Origin: Narcine bancroftii | Lineage: Eukaryota | DNA: 64,000 nucleotides | Direction of reading: 5' to 3' | Assembly: GCF_036971445.1 (NCBI RefSeq) | Contig: NC_091478.1 | Location: forward strand, 68,510,001-68,574,000 | Part shown: one piece after another, positions 1 through 12,480 of the stretch | How positions within the stretch are numbered: the stretch's first letter is position 1 | Layout: each line of letters starts with the position of its first letter | Position numbers and translations under genes: made by a program | The notes under the pieces: generated by a model | Seen by the model: the letters and a program-made list of their open reading frames with translations, nothing else | Databases searched by the model: none | What the model was told of the DNA's origin: nothing

Positions 1-685
1 TAAAGCCATGTAATGTAAGTCAAAGCTATTGCCAAAAGTGAAACCAAATGGAAATGCCCAGCATACAAGGGCATCCGTAGAGAGTGAATGAAACGTTGAC
101 GTTACAGTACAGCAAAACTGGCCAGTTCTGATATAAACAGCACAAATGCACCACTTGAAATGGTTGAATTTGATATGGAGAGCTGAAGATGCGGAATGCT
201 GATGACTCCTGAGTTTCAGAGCACAGTCTCTAATTCACATGTGTACTATCCCATGAAGCAAGTTAGCAAGCATTAATCAGAGCCTGCAGAACCAGACTTC
301 TTTCTTTTAGATCAGGCTATGGCCCAAGTTCACCGTTATATATGTTCATGCTAAGAGTCCACGATTAAACAGCCACAAACCTGATAATTTGTATAAATTG
401 ACAGCAAATTTGGATATGACCCAGACAGCTTCCAAGAATGCAAGCAGCATAGCAAGCCAGCCAATTATATCAGGATCAACTTACAGAATGGAAGTATGTT
501 CACCACATGGACTGCAGCAGTTCAAAGCAGAAGCTCACCAACTTACACAGATGTTGTCCTTCAGTGTGATGCCTGCTTCTGTATCTGGGCCTTTCTGCTG
601 TGTCCTCCCCTCCACCCCCCACTGGATTTTATACCAATTGATTTACAAAGTTATGGACAAATAGTAGATAGATTATATGTTCCGT

Positions 686-952
686 TGTGGCGGTGTGAGC
701 AGTGGGAGAAACACAGCCACCACGTTGAGGGTCGTTAACGACTGTTTTTATTCATATTCAGCACGACCCTATAAGGGCAGCATGAGCTCAGTCACCTGGT
801 GCATTGTGACATCATAATCGCTGCCCAGGGTGCGCACTGGAAGGGATGCTGGAGTCGGAGAGAAACCTCCGACGACGCCATTTCCCCATGGCTGCCCCGC
901 CACGTAGCGATAGAAGCGGGGTCAGTTCGCCATGAGGATGTGCGCCACCACA
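686..952 (-). mobile_element. Solo LTR, probably Gypsy-type (267 bp)
   Basis: Begins TGTGGCGG and ends CCACCACA (TG...CA with a short inverted terminus). Flanked by the 4-mers CCGT (682-685) and CTGT (953-956), consistent with a 4-bp TSD plus one CpG transition. AATAAA on the minus strand near 746-751. CpG-rich relative to its flanks. Confidence 0.65.
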
Positions 953-3900
953 CTGTAATAAATAATAATGTTCCTGCTTAAAGTTTCTACTTCATCAACA
1001 TCATTTGATTGATGTAGGTACCCATCATTATCTTCTAATCCCATCTTGTTCAGAACATTGGTCAGGGGCCAAAGCATTTCATGATGCAGTCTAAATTCCA
1101 TACCACATCAAAAGCTGATGTTTAATCTCACTGCCACTGGATTTATTCTTTTCACTTAAATTATCTTGAAAATATATGATGTACTTATTCACAATGTCAA
1201 TGAAACAGACCAAGGCCACTTTAGTGGCATATGCTCAGAGAGCAAAGAGTGAAGGTATGTTGCTTCACTATATTTTCACAATGCTTGCAAGTTGCTGACA
1301 TGAATGTGAAGTCCTGATTGAAATATAAAATCAATCACTCGATGTTTCAGGATTTTATTACATGCGTAACATAACTTCCACCCATGCCTTTCAGGCACAT
1401 TGATAGCTGATAAGCATTATTTTAAACGTTGCGGCCACAGCGGAAGTCGAGGTTAATTCACGTTCCCACACTATGGCTAAACAATGGATTTCTAGGTGGT
1501 TAAAAGGTGTTACAGATTTCACACAATTTTAAATAATGAAAATGCCTCAGAGCTCTCGTGTTAATAATCTAGACCTTTGCAGTAAAATATCAGTTGCTTT
1601 AGACTAAACTTTTCTCACACCTTCTTTTGAACCATTCTTTTTTTTCCCCCCTGCATCCTACGCAGAAGCTACAGAGTAAAATCTGCCTTTTTCATAGGTC
1701 TGGCCCTATGACTGCTCTAAATGTAAAAGATTCTATTTTAAAGTCATCCAGAAATGACAATTATTAAGGAAAAGAACCATTGATTTGTCTTGATTAATAC
1801 AGGATTTCTTAGCCTTGCTGATGTTCAATTGACAGAAACAAACCACAGTCCATGTTTACTGAGAGAAGTCTCATTAGCCTTTTCAGACAGCTAAATTAGC
1901 ATTTATATCAACAGAAAGAATTCCACCTCCAATTGGGTACTGATAAGCGATTGGTCAGAATTACTACCATCCACATAAATAATGCAGAAATATTGCACAG
2001 CAATGCCAGATGCTGAAGAGAAGCTTCCTTTGCTTTGTGTGTGTTAAAGAGTTGATCAACTCCTCAGACTAATAATTAGCGCTGGATAATTGGATCAAAA
2101 CCATATTTATACAGAACATGGATGTTTGATATATATTGGAGATAAACCCTCGAGACATTAACTCAAATGTGTAAAGACCTGAAACTTAAACGAGATTAAG
2201 TGTTAATGTGTATAACTGTTTGACATCAGTAATTTACATTTCTTAAGAACCACAGTGACAAATATTAATAAGGAACTGGAACAATATACCTTATAAAACT
2301 TCAACAACCTTGTTTAGCAACTTGTGGGAAATGTGTCGCCAAAATATACCATAAATTCTGTACCAAGTCACTGTGATCTTTGAATGAGGGTCGAGACTGA
2401 AAACAATGACACTGTACCTGATGTGGTATTCCTCACTCCCGCTAGTGCAATTTAATAAACCTGTATGTACGCTCGGTGGTTCTCTCGTGTATCTTCTGTC
2501 TTCACAGCATGGGCCCCATCTATCACATAAGCAGGTACTTAGGGTACTAAATTCATCTGTGGAAGAACTATTGAGTAATTCTTCAAACCTTACCATCATA
2601 TATTTATACCCATTTATCTTTACACATTTGGCACCAGGTGAAATGTAGCAGAGAAAAAAACCCAACATGGATTAAGTGGAGGAATTAATATGGAAATAGT
2701 ATTATTGTCCTAAATAGCAAGAGGTTCCAAAACATGAAAAGTACAGTTAATCACAATGAGTAACAGAAGGATGTGGTGGTTAATGTTCGAACAGCATAAC
2801 AGACTGATGAGCATACAGTCTAGATTCTCTTCCACCAGCTCTTGCCAAACTTTGCTTCATAGGATTATGATGATCATTTCAGTCTACTGTCAGTTTGGAA
2901 TTTCAAAGATAGGAAATGTAATCAATACGATTACTCCGATGACTGGTGCTAGAAGTTGGCACATGTAGACCTTGACCAGGCTTAGAGTTTAGCTCAGCTG
3001 ATGCACTAAAATTGTTTGAAAGATTTGTCATTACTCAACACATGGATAATGTCAGATAGACAAGGTAGCAGCATACCCAGCTGGCAGGAAACAGTATCCT
3101 CTCAGAAAATGAATCACTTCAGCACAGCAGACATTTCATGAAAGTTTTTTAAAAAAATGTCATTGAATCTATTTTCTTCTTTAATCTGTATTTTGGTCTT
3201 TTCTTGCTGCTGTATAATGGACTCGAAAGAAGATGTGTTTGAGTACTTAATAAAAATCACGTTGAATTATTCAGCAAGTGAACTCTATCATCAGTAAACT
3301 TCAGAAACTGAGAGTTTGGGCTAGGGCTCAAAAAGGCTTCTTCCTTTAAGGAGAAATTCTCTCTGGCCTCATAACTTGAAAAGCTGGTCTAACACTGAAG
3401 GCCAGCACAACCGTTAAAATTAGTTGTTAACGCAGGACCTGTACAACCAAGGACAAATGGAAAGGATGCATGAGAACACCAGTATCTACAGATTCCTCTC
3501 CACACTCTGTCCTGACTTAGAAATGTATTGCTGCTTCACATCATCACTTGTTTAATTGTGAAAATCATACTGATCGGAAGGAACTCACCACATCTGCATG
3601 AGCTCGTAGGCAGCTGCTGCCATCTGTAGTGGGTGGGGGAGATGCTGGTAGAGAAAGAGGCATGGCATTCAGTTTACTGTTGAAGCAAGTTTGAGGCTAA
3701 GTGCACATCTTCCTAGCCCCTGAGCTCGCACACAGACTCACACACAAGCAAGCACACACAATCAAGGGTCTAATCTGCATTACTGGGAATTAACATTACT
3801 CTAACAGGCCAATGGCCTCGAACATTAAACCCAAGGAATGTGAAAATTCCCAGTAAAGATTCCCTCCAGTTGCTTTGCCCATTCATGTCATACAAGGCAA

Positions 3901-4616
3901 GTGAAAACCAGAGTAAAGAAGCATATGATCTCTTTGATGCTTATTTCATCTGATATACCTGATTTTAACATGAACAACATTTATACCATGACTAATGTTC
4001 TCAAAAATGCTTTTTATTCAATCACCATCTTGTTCATATTTTCAGAGTGTTATCACATTGTAAAAATACATGATGGGTTAAGTGGGTTTTTTTTAATTAA
4101 ATAATATGCAAGAATAAACACAGTACCAGTTATATTTACATTCTGGATAGTATTTGTAGGTTTCCATTCCCTTTTCAATGAAGTTCTGACATATGTTTTT
4201 GTAAACACTTCATTTATTTCCTATTTTGCTGACTTAGAAATTGTGTTGGCTGTCAAATTAACTTAATTTGTTGAGGTATAACAATTAGGATTTTAGTCTA
4301 GCTTCGAACAAGAACAAGGGCAACCTTTTAATTTTCATTTTGAAGTTGAGTCTTGGCTTCTTATCTTCAAAGCATGCTGGACAGTACAGTCAGACAGGAT
4401 TTAAGAATTGCAGAAATCACTTTTTTTTAAAAATATAGTTACTGTACAAGATTTGTTTTGACATCTTCAACATTGATACAGTGAATGTCATCTGTTAATC
4501 TCCATTCGGGTGAAATAAGTTTGAATCTACAAGTACAGCAGTTCACATGTCTTTTCAACCCTACAATTCTAAAAGACCAACAACAGTATATACCCCAGGT
4601 TGTTACAAAATCTGCA

Positions 4617-4798
4617 TCAAGATAAGGGGTAGCAGCCGGCTTCCTCATGTTTGGAAAGAAGAGACATTCTGGAGAAGGTCTTTGAACAGCTCTTGCAGTG
4701 GTATCTCTTCACGTCTGAGTGCGTCTGCAGATGTGCTCGGAGATTCGAGCGGTCTGCAAAAGCCCTGCTGCAGTGAGGACAGGCAAAAGGTTTCTCTC
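4617..4798 (-). CDS. snai3: Snail family zinc finger 3, coding exon 3 (ZF4, ZF5 and stop)
   Basis: Acceptor TCTTCCCAG|GA at 4800-4799. Encodes [60 protein letters not shown]. The phase-1 junction matches exon 2. Confidence 0.95.
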
Positions 4799-5809
4799 CT
4801 GGGAAGAGCAAGAATAATATTCAGATAGGAATGTCCCACAAATTATCCATAGCAAAAAGGGAGCACAATTTAAAAAAAAACAAATGAATGCAGGAATATA
4901 AACATCACATGGGAAAAAACTTTCTTAAACTCCAATTTTCTTTTGGATCCAATCAAGTAACTGGGAAAAAATAAATTGCCACCCACCATCTGATGGTCCA
5001 ATCACTTGTCCACTTTAACTTTCTAAAAATAAAATAGTCCTGAATGAAGCTTGTAAAATTATTTGTTATTCCATCATTGAACACTGTTTGCAATATAAAG
5101 CACTTTATAAAACTATTTGATTTTAAATGACAAATAGAACCAAAACCCGATTTAATTTCACATAAATACACATTAAAATCAATTTGGGACTTAAGTTACC
5201 TTGAGAATTTACTACAAGCATTCAAACATTAATAATTTTGGAGCTCCATCTTTAGAATTTAACCAGACATACTTTATATAGCAAATAACTACTGGGCAGT
5301 CCTTTAAAATATTATCATTCAAGAAGCCTGTGCTGCTCTAAATGAGCATTATTTTTGACATGGCAATGGAATGTCAATTTGTAGTTTAACAAAAGTAATT
5401 TAAAGTCAAAACCAAACAAAAACAAGTCAAATTAAGATGTTTTCTCTGGAGAATTTTTATTCAAATATGGAGGGCAACTTCATTGCACCTCCAGGCTACT
5501 TAGCAAATAAATTTTGAACAAGTTGCAGCGCTTGTTTAAATTACACAATTTAAATGATGTTTTCTTTCCATCCTACGCACAGATTCACACTTGGATCATC
5601 ATAATCCATCTATGGAATGTGATGATATTGTAACAGAATGGAAGAAAACCAAGATCACAATGCCTGTTGATTGAACAGCTCTTGCAGTTACAAAATACAG
5701 CAATACATTTTTGGGTCCAGCTTAGGAAAAGATTATTATGAATTTCTGTGCAGTGAGGGATGCATAGATTTTTTTTTCATTTCCTGACTGAAGATTAAAG
5801 TTTCATTGA

Positions 5810-6480
5810 GTTCAAGAGCTGTGAGGTAATGTTATAACTCTACAAAAGTCTGGTTAAGACCATATTTGGAGAATTGTGTTCAGTTCTGGTTGCCCCATTA
5901 CAGGAAGGATGTCTCAGCTTAAGAGATGGGGCAGAGGAGATTTACCAGGATGTGGCCTGGATTGGAGAGCACATCTCATGAAGCAAATTTGACAGAGCTT
6001 TGGAGTGACAAAGGACTGGGTAGTAACTTAATAGAAGTACTCAAGAATATAAAAACAGGAGCAGGAGTCAGCCATCCGGCCCATCGAACCTGCACCCCCA
6101 TTCAATGAGGTCATGGCTGATCTGATGACAGGCTTGTCTCCACCTACCTACCTTTTCCCCATGTCCCTTAATTCCCCTCCTTGCAAAAATCTATCCAACC
6201 TTGATTATGATGGGCATAGATGGTGTGGACAACCAGTATCTTTCTCTCCTGAAGCAACAATAGCAAATACCAGAAGAGATCTGTTTAAGGTGAGTGGAGG
6301 AAGGTTTAGTAGAGATGTTAGAAGTATTCCTTCCTCCCCCCCCCCCCCCCCCACAGAATAGTGGGAGTCTGGAATACATCCCCAGGGGTGATGTTGGAGG
6401 CTGATACAATAGGGCCATTTAAACAACTCTTAAATAGGCACATGCATGTTTTTCTTGCATATGAGGGTTATGGATGTGTG
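5810..6480 (+). mobile_element. CR1 LINE 3' fragment with a nested opposite-strand CR1 3' end (~6053-6203)
   Basis: Degenerate LVRPxLExCVQFWxPHYRKD...QRRFTRM and RGDLIEV motifs. The host reading is interrupted between ctcaag and attatgatgggcatagat by a minus-strand CR1 tail. Confidence 0.75.
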
Positions 6481-6952
6481 AAATGAAGAGATTAGTTTAT
6501 TGTGGTGTAGGTTTTCATCAGTCAACACAACATTGTTGGCTGAAGTGCCCGCACTGTGCTCTTGTATATTCTTTGTAATTTCACTTTCACAGCATCAAAT
6601 TTGTACTCTATTTGATTTTTATTTAGTTAAATTATAAACCCTGCTCCCGTTAATACAAAATTCTCACAGAAGAATAACATTTTAAAGACTATAACAAATG
6701 TTAAAGTGATCTTATTTTATGTTCAATCCTCAGTGAGTGTTGCATGCAATTTTGTTATTAGGTATGGGTGGAAGGGGGGGGGGAATGGTGTTGGTGGGGC
6801 ATCAGGGATGGTGGGTGGTAAAGGACATCGTTGCTGAGCTCAGTCCTTTATTCATTCACATTTATGAACTTAAAGCAAGTCAGTGAATAATAAGCAGTTG
6901 TAGGTCCCCCCCGCCCCCCCCCCCCTGACCCTAGTGCTTTATTTGTGCTTAC

Positions 6953-7585
6953 CAGTGTGTGTTCTGATGTGGCCCTGTAAGAGCCATGGTCTGGAGAAGG
7001 CTTTGCTGCAGATTTTGCAGACACAGGGCAGAGTGTGAGTCCTTATGTGCATCTTTAATGCACCCAGACTGACATATTCCTTATCACAATACTTGCAGTT
7101 AAAGTATTTTGTAGTCTGCGATTCACAATGAAGCTGCCTGTGTTTTGAGAGACCAGATAAAGTATTGTATGCCTTATGACAATGAAAACACTCAAACTTC
7201 TCCAGGTTTGTTTCAGCAGCACTTTGAACCTCAAGGATTTTCTCCTCGGTTTCATCGTCTCCTTTAAATGTGCCATTGTTTGCCTCTCTTCTCTTGGCTC
7301 CTTTGGAAAAGGACAGGCTCAGGTCATTCACTGTATTCCTTAGTGGGGTGTTGCGGCCTCTGACAGCCACACATTCCTTAACACTGATCTCCAGGCTTGG
7401 TTGGCCGCTGAATGGCGTTTCTGTTCCCGTCTCAGCATCCAGGGGCGGGGGCAGACACCTTCGGAGACTGGTAGGAGCCCCGTCCCACTGTCTTGGCGGG
7501 TCACAGGCGATGGGAGTGTGCATTTCGGGCGGTGGCATCTGTGCAACTGTCAACCCCTCATAGAAATAGGCGGAGATGACCGTGG
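6953..7585 (-). CDS. snai3: Snail family zinc finger 3, coding exon 2 (central region and ZF1-3)
   Basis: Acceptor TTTCCTTGCAG| at 7587-7586 and donor G|GTAAGC at 6952. 633-nt open frame containing FECFHCHK...RQLHC (SNAI3-type first finger), [19 protein letters not shown] and [15 protein letters not shown]. No SLUG domain. Adjacent to rnf166, as in the human SNAI3 locus. Confidence 0.95.
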
Positions 7586-8492
7586 CTGCAAGGAAACAAA
7601 ATCTTAAACCACGAACGTTGAGAGCCCTGCGAATATGCGACGGATTGTCTTACCCACAACTAACGAGAACAAGTCATATTCGACCTAAACGTTGTATTTA
7701 AAGGATTAGATTGTTTTTAAAAATTATATATAGTTTATCTCAACCCCAGCAAAGTGTGTTTTAAACAAATTATAGTAAAGATCACCTTGAAAAAGGCAAG
7801 GGGACAGAGAAGCAACAAAAGGACATTGATGGCACAAAGATCGAATCAAATGCTGGCTGGTTGATCCCGAATATGACAACTGATCTGTCCGCTGCTCGTT
7901 ACTTTCCTTTTGTCAGCCCCGCTTTCACCAGCACCTCCTCCCCCCTTCAGCTCCCCCAATTGTGGAAGAAGAAGGAAAAGCACACACCGGCTCCTCGTGT
8001 GAGGCCAAACCTTGGCCAATTAGTGAAATGCGACAGGAAACGCTTCGCTTCGAGCGCTGGGGCTGCGAGCGATGGATCGTGAAAGGGAACGACACGGGGG
8101 CACTTGGAAAGGAAGAATGTCGCTGAACACCAGACTCCTCCCAAAAAAGGGTCAAACAGGCGCCTGAGCGGCAGGACGAGCCGGTGGCTCAGCTCAGGTC
8201 AGGCAGGGCACCTGCCCGGTCTCTCGATCTCACAAGCCGCGCTCTTACTAACTCGAGTCACTCCACATTGCGACGGACCCCCACCAAATGGTGAAGCTGG
8301 CAAACCAGTCTTTCCCTTCAGCCACGGTGTCCGCCCATTCGCCCAGGTATCAGTTTAAAGAATGTTACAAAGTCAATTAAAACGTTTCAACGAAAGCAAC
8401 AAGTAGATGTTCAACATCACAGAAAGGGGGGGTGGGGGGGGAGAGAGAGTTGATTGAAAAGTTTTTAAAAAATGACCGATCCACAGTGTTAC

Positions 8493-8574
8493 CATGACCG
8501 TTCTGGGTCTCCAGTTGACTGTAGTTGGGTTTCTTGGTGCTGCAGTGTTTCTTGACCAGGAAAGAACGGGGCAT
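8493..8574 (-). CDS. snai3: Snail family zinc finger 3, coding exon 1 (SNAG domain)
   Basis: MPRSFLVKKH SNAG motif. Donor CATG|GTAAC at 8492 is phase 1. The joined CDS is 82+633+182 = 897 nt, or 298 aa. Confidence 0.93.
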
Positions 8575-8699
8575 GACTGTTCCTTTCCCCTCCTTCCACG
8601 GAGAACATTCAGCCCAACATGTGCTCGCAAAGCCGAAATCTCCAAACGGGATACATCAAACAAATATGACAGGGATAACCAGTGAAGAACAAGTGCAAT

Positions 8700-9240
8700 A
8701 AGTCCGCCCCTCCCATTCCCCCGTCGTGGAAAGTATCTGAACGTCAGGTGCAGGTCAGACCCAATTACAGAAAATAAACCCCTCACGCAGGAGGAGCCAG
8801 TATCTGCCAATCACCCTTCCCACTCCAACAGGTGCATCTCGCCACCAGAGCCTGGGAAAGAGAATTCTGCACTAAAAATATTCCATCATTCATTTTTAAA
8901 TAATTCATACAATCAAATATATTTCAATGTCATTTGAATCCTTGCATGAGCTTTTTTTCCCCCCCGAGATACATTCTTCTGAATATTCTTGTCTAGGTTG
9001 TCAATGAAAATAGATAAGCTAAAAATAGCTGCAGCAAAATTAAGTGCTGCAAAAATCCTGTAGAAGGTCATTGTTCTGCTGCCGCCCTTTGACATGGACT
9101 AACGTCGCAGCAAAGACCAGGGGCTGAAATTGCCCCTCCAATGTTCCTGATTGATAGAAAAAAAAATCACCATCTGGGCCCATAAAAATCAACACTCCCA
9201 GACTGCACTGTTGTCTCCCATGAATAAACTGCCACCTGTG
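8700..9240 (-). promoter_or_regulatory. Putative snai3 promoter/proximal regulatory region
   Basis: Immediately upstream of the ATG: GC box CCGCCCC near 8704, CCAAT motifs near 8762 and 8807, E-boxes CAGGTG at 8745-8750 and 8829-8834, CACCTG at 9233-9238, MEF2 consensus CTAAAAATAG at 9019-9028. The TSS cannot be determined from sequence. Confidence 0.5.
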
Positions 9241-9544
9241 CAATTCATAGTTCAATAGAAAATATATCAAATGCAACAGATGAGAAACTCAGAGCTTAAA
9301 ATGATTTTCCAGGATAAAGACGAAGAAATGTATTGACATTTTGAAAAGGCCTTGAGAATGGGATGGTAGATCATGAGGGTTTAACCCTACAGATTTGTTG
9401 GAGAGCTTTTACATGAAGCTGAACTTATCAGCAACAACCATGCAAACAGATGTGCCTGATGGTTTCTGCTATTCAAATCAAAAGCACATCTTTTAAGATT
9501 ATTAGGTGTTTTTAGAGACTTTATAATTAATTATATAATGTGGA

Positions 9545-10177
9545 GACAACGCTGGTGGAAGCGTTCTAGGAGCCGTAGGTGGTGCCGGTAGAGGACCCAT
9601 GATTCGGAGCCGAACAGGAGCCATCCTCAACATCCATTGGAGCGCTCACACCCCTAACGTCGAGGTACTCGAGATGGCAGAGGTCGACAGCATCGAGTCC
9701 ACGCTGCTGAAGATCCAGCTGCGCTGGATGGGTCACGTCTCCAGAATGGAGGACCATCGCCTTCCCAAGATCGTATTATATGGCAAGCTCTCCACTGGCC
9801 ACCGTGACAGAGGTGCACCAAAGAAAAGGTACAAGGACTGCCTAAAGAAATCTCTTGGTGCCTGCCACATTGACCACCGCCAGTGGGCTGATAACGCCTC
9901 AAACCGTGCATCTTGGCGCCTCACAGTTTGGCGGGCAGCAGCCTCCTTTGAAGAAGACCGCAGAGCCCACCTCACTGACAAAAGGCAAAGGAGGAAAAAC
10001 CCAACACCCAACCCCAACCAACCAATTTTCCCTTGCAACCGCTGCAATCGTGTCTGCCTGTCCCGCATCGGACTGGTCAGCCACAAACGAGCCTGCAGCT
10101 GACGTGGACTTTTTTACCCCCTCCATAAATCTTCGTCCGCGAAGCCAAGCCAAAGAAAAAAGAAAAAAGAAAAGAAA
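9545..10177 (+). mobile_element. RTE-clade LINE, 5'-truncated, with an inverted 5' segment
   Basis: ORF end QLRWMGHVSRMEDHRLPKIVLYG...GAPKKRYKDCLK...CNRCNRVCLSRIGLVSH (RTE/BovB-like C-terminus), followed by an A/G-rich tail. TSD ATAATGTGGA at 9535-9544 and 10178-10187. Confidence 0.9.
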
Positions 10178-10889
10178 ATAATGTGGACATGTAGGTTAAA
10201 ATTGCTCATATTGCTATGTTTCTTAATGATTTATTTTCAAATACCATTAAATACTGTTATTTAAACACTATTTTACCAAAGCAGTTTTCATAACGGTGAT
10301 TCACTAACAGTTGTTACAAGGTGGCACTGCCAAACAGAATTTTTATATTGTCGACTATACAACATTCCTGAAGATGGGGTAAAATACAGGATTCTATTGA
10401 CACTGTGATTAAGTGGAAAGACTCAGCAGGTCAAAAAATGCAAAGGTCACCTTCACCTTTGCTACATAAAGACACTGTTTGACCTGTTGAGTTTCTCCAG
10501 CATTTGTGTTTTTTTTTCAATCCATCGTTCTACTTTCAAACTATAATTTAAATTCCATTCCATTTTATTTTAGAATCGACATCTTGTTGAAACATAGGAT
10601 ACTTAGTTGGTTTGATTACAGAATCTGTTGCTGGCCATGAGATGCACAGGTGTAGTAAGATCGTCCCTCCCCACTTGATGAAATAGATATAAAGTTAAGG
10701 CAGAAGTTTTTATTTTGGAAAGTTGAGATTTTCAAAGTGCTGGCTCACATTATCCATCAGGTAACAACTCAAACAAGTGGTTAATTAATTGCCAGTATTC
10801 TTCAAGAAACTGAGATATGTAAATTGGCTGTTGCAATTATTAGACACTGGAAATGAATTGGAGATATAAAAAAATATATAAAAGCAATA

Positions 10890-11680
10890 CTTTTAGAATC
10901 AGATATATTGTCATGAACATGCTTCATGAAATTTGTTGTTTTGTAACAGCAGTTTTGTGCAGAACAAAGGTGCAAAATTACTTTCAATTACAGTTCCATA
11001 AATATAAGATTTTTTTTAAAAAGTGCAAGAAAAAGATATAGTGTCCATTGATTTATTGTCCATTCAGAAATCTGATAGCAGAAAGGAAGAAGCTGTTTTT
11101 GTAAGTGTGTGTGTGTGTGTTCATATCAGGCTCCTGATGGTAGCAGTGAATAAAGGGCATGGCCTGGGTGGAGGGCCCTTGATGATAGAGGCTGCTTTCT
11201 TGAGGCACCATCTCTTAAAATGTCCTTAATGGAGTGAAGAATCAGAATTTGTCATGAAATGTATTGTTTTGTGGCAGCGTTACAGTACAAATACTACTAT
11301 TAAATACTTTTCGAAAGTAAATAGTGCAAGAAAATGAGTGTTAGGTTGGGAATAGTATCAGGTTCGGTGGTTCACAGGGAGATGAGTCTGGACACAAGTG
11401 ACACAATCAGAGATAACTTTATTGTGCACACACGAATCAAACACAGCAAGAGGTCAAATGATAATCACCCACATTACTTAATAGCTATACTCACAGACAG
11501 GGACTTCCAAAGACACTCCTGATCCTCTGTACCAACGAGGGTGCAGCTCCCTGCAAGCACTGATCTATTGCAGTATTACAAACAACTCAACTAAGTGTAG
11601 TGCACACCTTACCCATGACTCCTCCAGCGATGTCCAGAGTAGCAACTTGGAATGGAATGATTTTCATGGTTTGGAGCAAG

Positions 11681-11717
<37 letters not shown>

Positions 11718-12125
11718 CGTCACATGTTGGGAGTTTATATTGTTGTGCTGGGCATCTGGCCAATGAGCTAGCGGTAAGGTGTGCACCAATGGATTGATAG
11801 AGTCTAATCTTGATTGAGACTTCTGACTAGGTTTCAGACAGGAAGGACACACAATCCTCCACAGTCCACATACAATAGTGAGGTGGTGTATGAGGTGCAT
11901 CTGATTGCAGAGGGGAAGAAGCTGTCCGTGTACCACTGAAACTGGTCTTCAGGCTCCTTTACCTTTTTCCTGATGGTAACAGTGTGAAATGTTCATGTCC
12001 TGGGTGGTGGGGGTCCTTGAGGATAGAGGCTTCTTTCTTAAGACACCACCTCTTGTAGATGTTCTCAATGGAGTGAAGGCTGATGCCCCTGAGGATGGCA
12101 CAGTTAACAACCCTCTAGAGTTTTT
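10890..12125 (-). mobile_element. Cluster of Rex/Babar-like LINE 3' fragments, interrupted by an unclassified ~530-bp insert (~11340-11875) containing a (GA)n tract
   Basis: Sequence resembles the Rex/Babar fragment at 55815-56300 (ggtggtggggtccttgaggat...cttaagacaccacctcttgtagat). Boundaries are approximate. Confidence 0.55.
11683..11715. repeat. (GA)n microsatellite
   Basis: Read directly from the sequence. Confidence 0.95.
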
Positions 12126-12480
12126 TTATTCCAGTCCTCTAACATTGTGCATCATTACTCCAGGTATAAATGTGACCAATTTTCTAACTCAATTATTCCA
12201 TGATACCTTACATCTATATTATATTCCAAAAAATATATTTATATTCCAAATAATATTAGACAGTACAATTACTCACGGTCTTTTAAAAGTTAGTTTGATC
12301 TAACCAGATTTCATTCTTGAATGACAAACTGCCAAAAAATGTAAAACGTAGCATATTTGAAAGGGTATGTAAAAGAGGCATTTAATGGTTGTATTTTATT
12401 GAATACAGTATTTAGTTTGAATAGTAAGCTCAGGGAGGAGGATCTCATTGTTTGATTTGGGTCTTTACAACCCTCTAGAC

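Noticed and set aside
2291-2668. 125-aa minus-strand ORF, possible exon of a neighbouring gene such as MVD
   Set aside because: It shows no MVD-like motifs and resembles a degenerate CR1 stretch (LY..LVRPHLEYCVQFWSPH-like).
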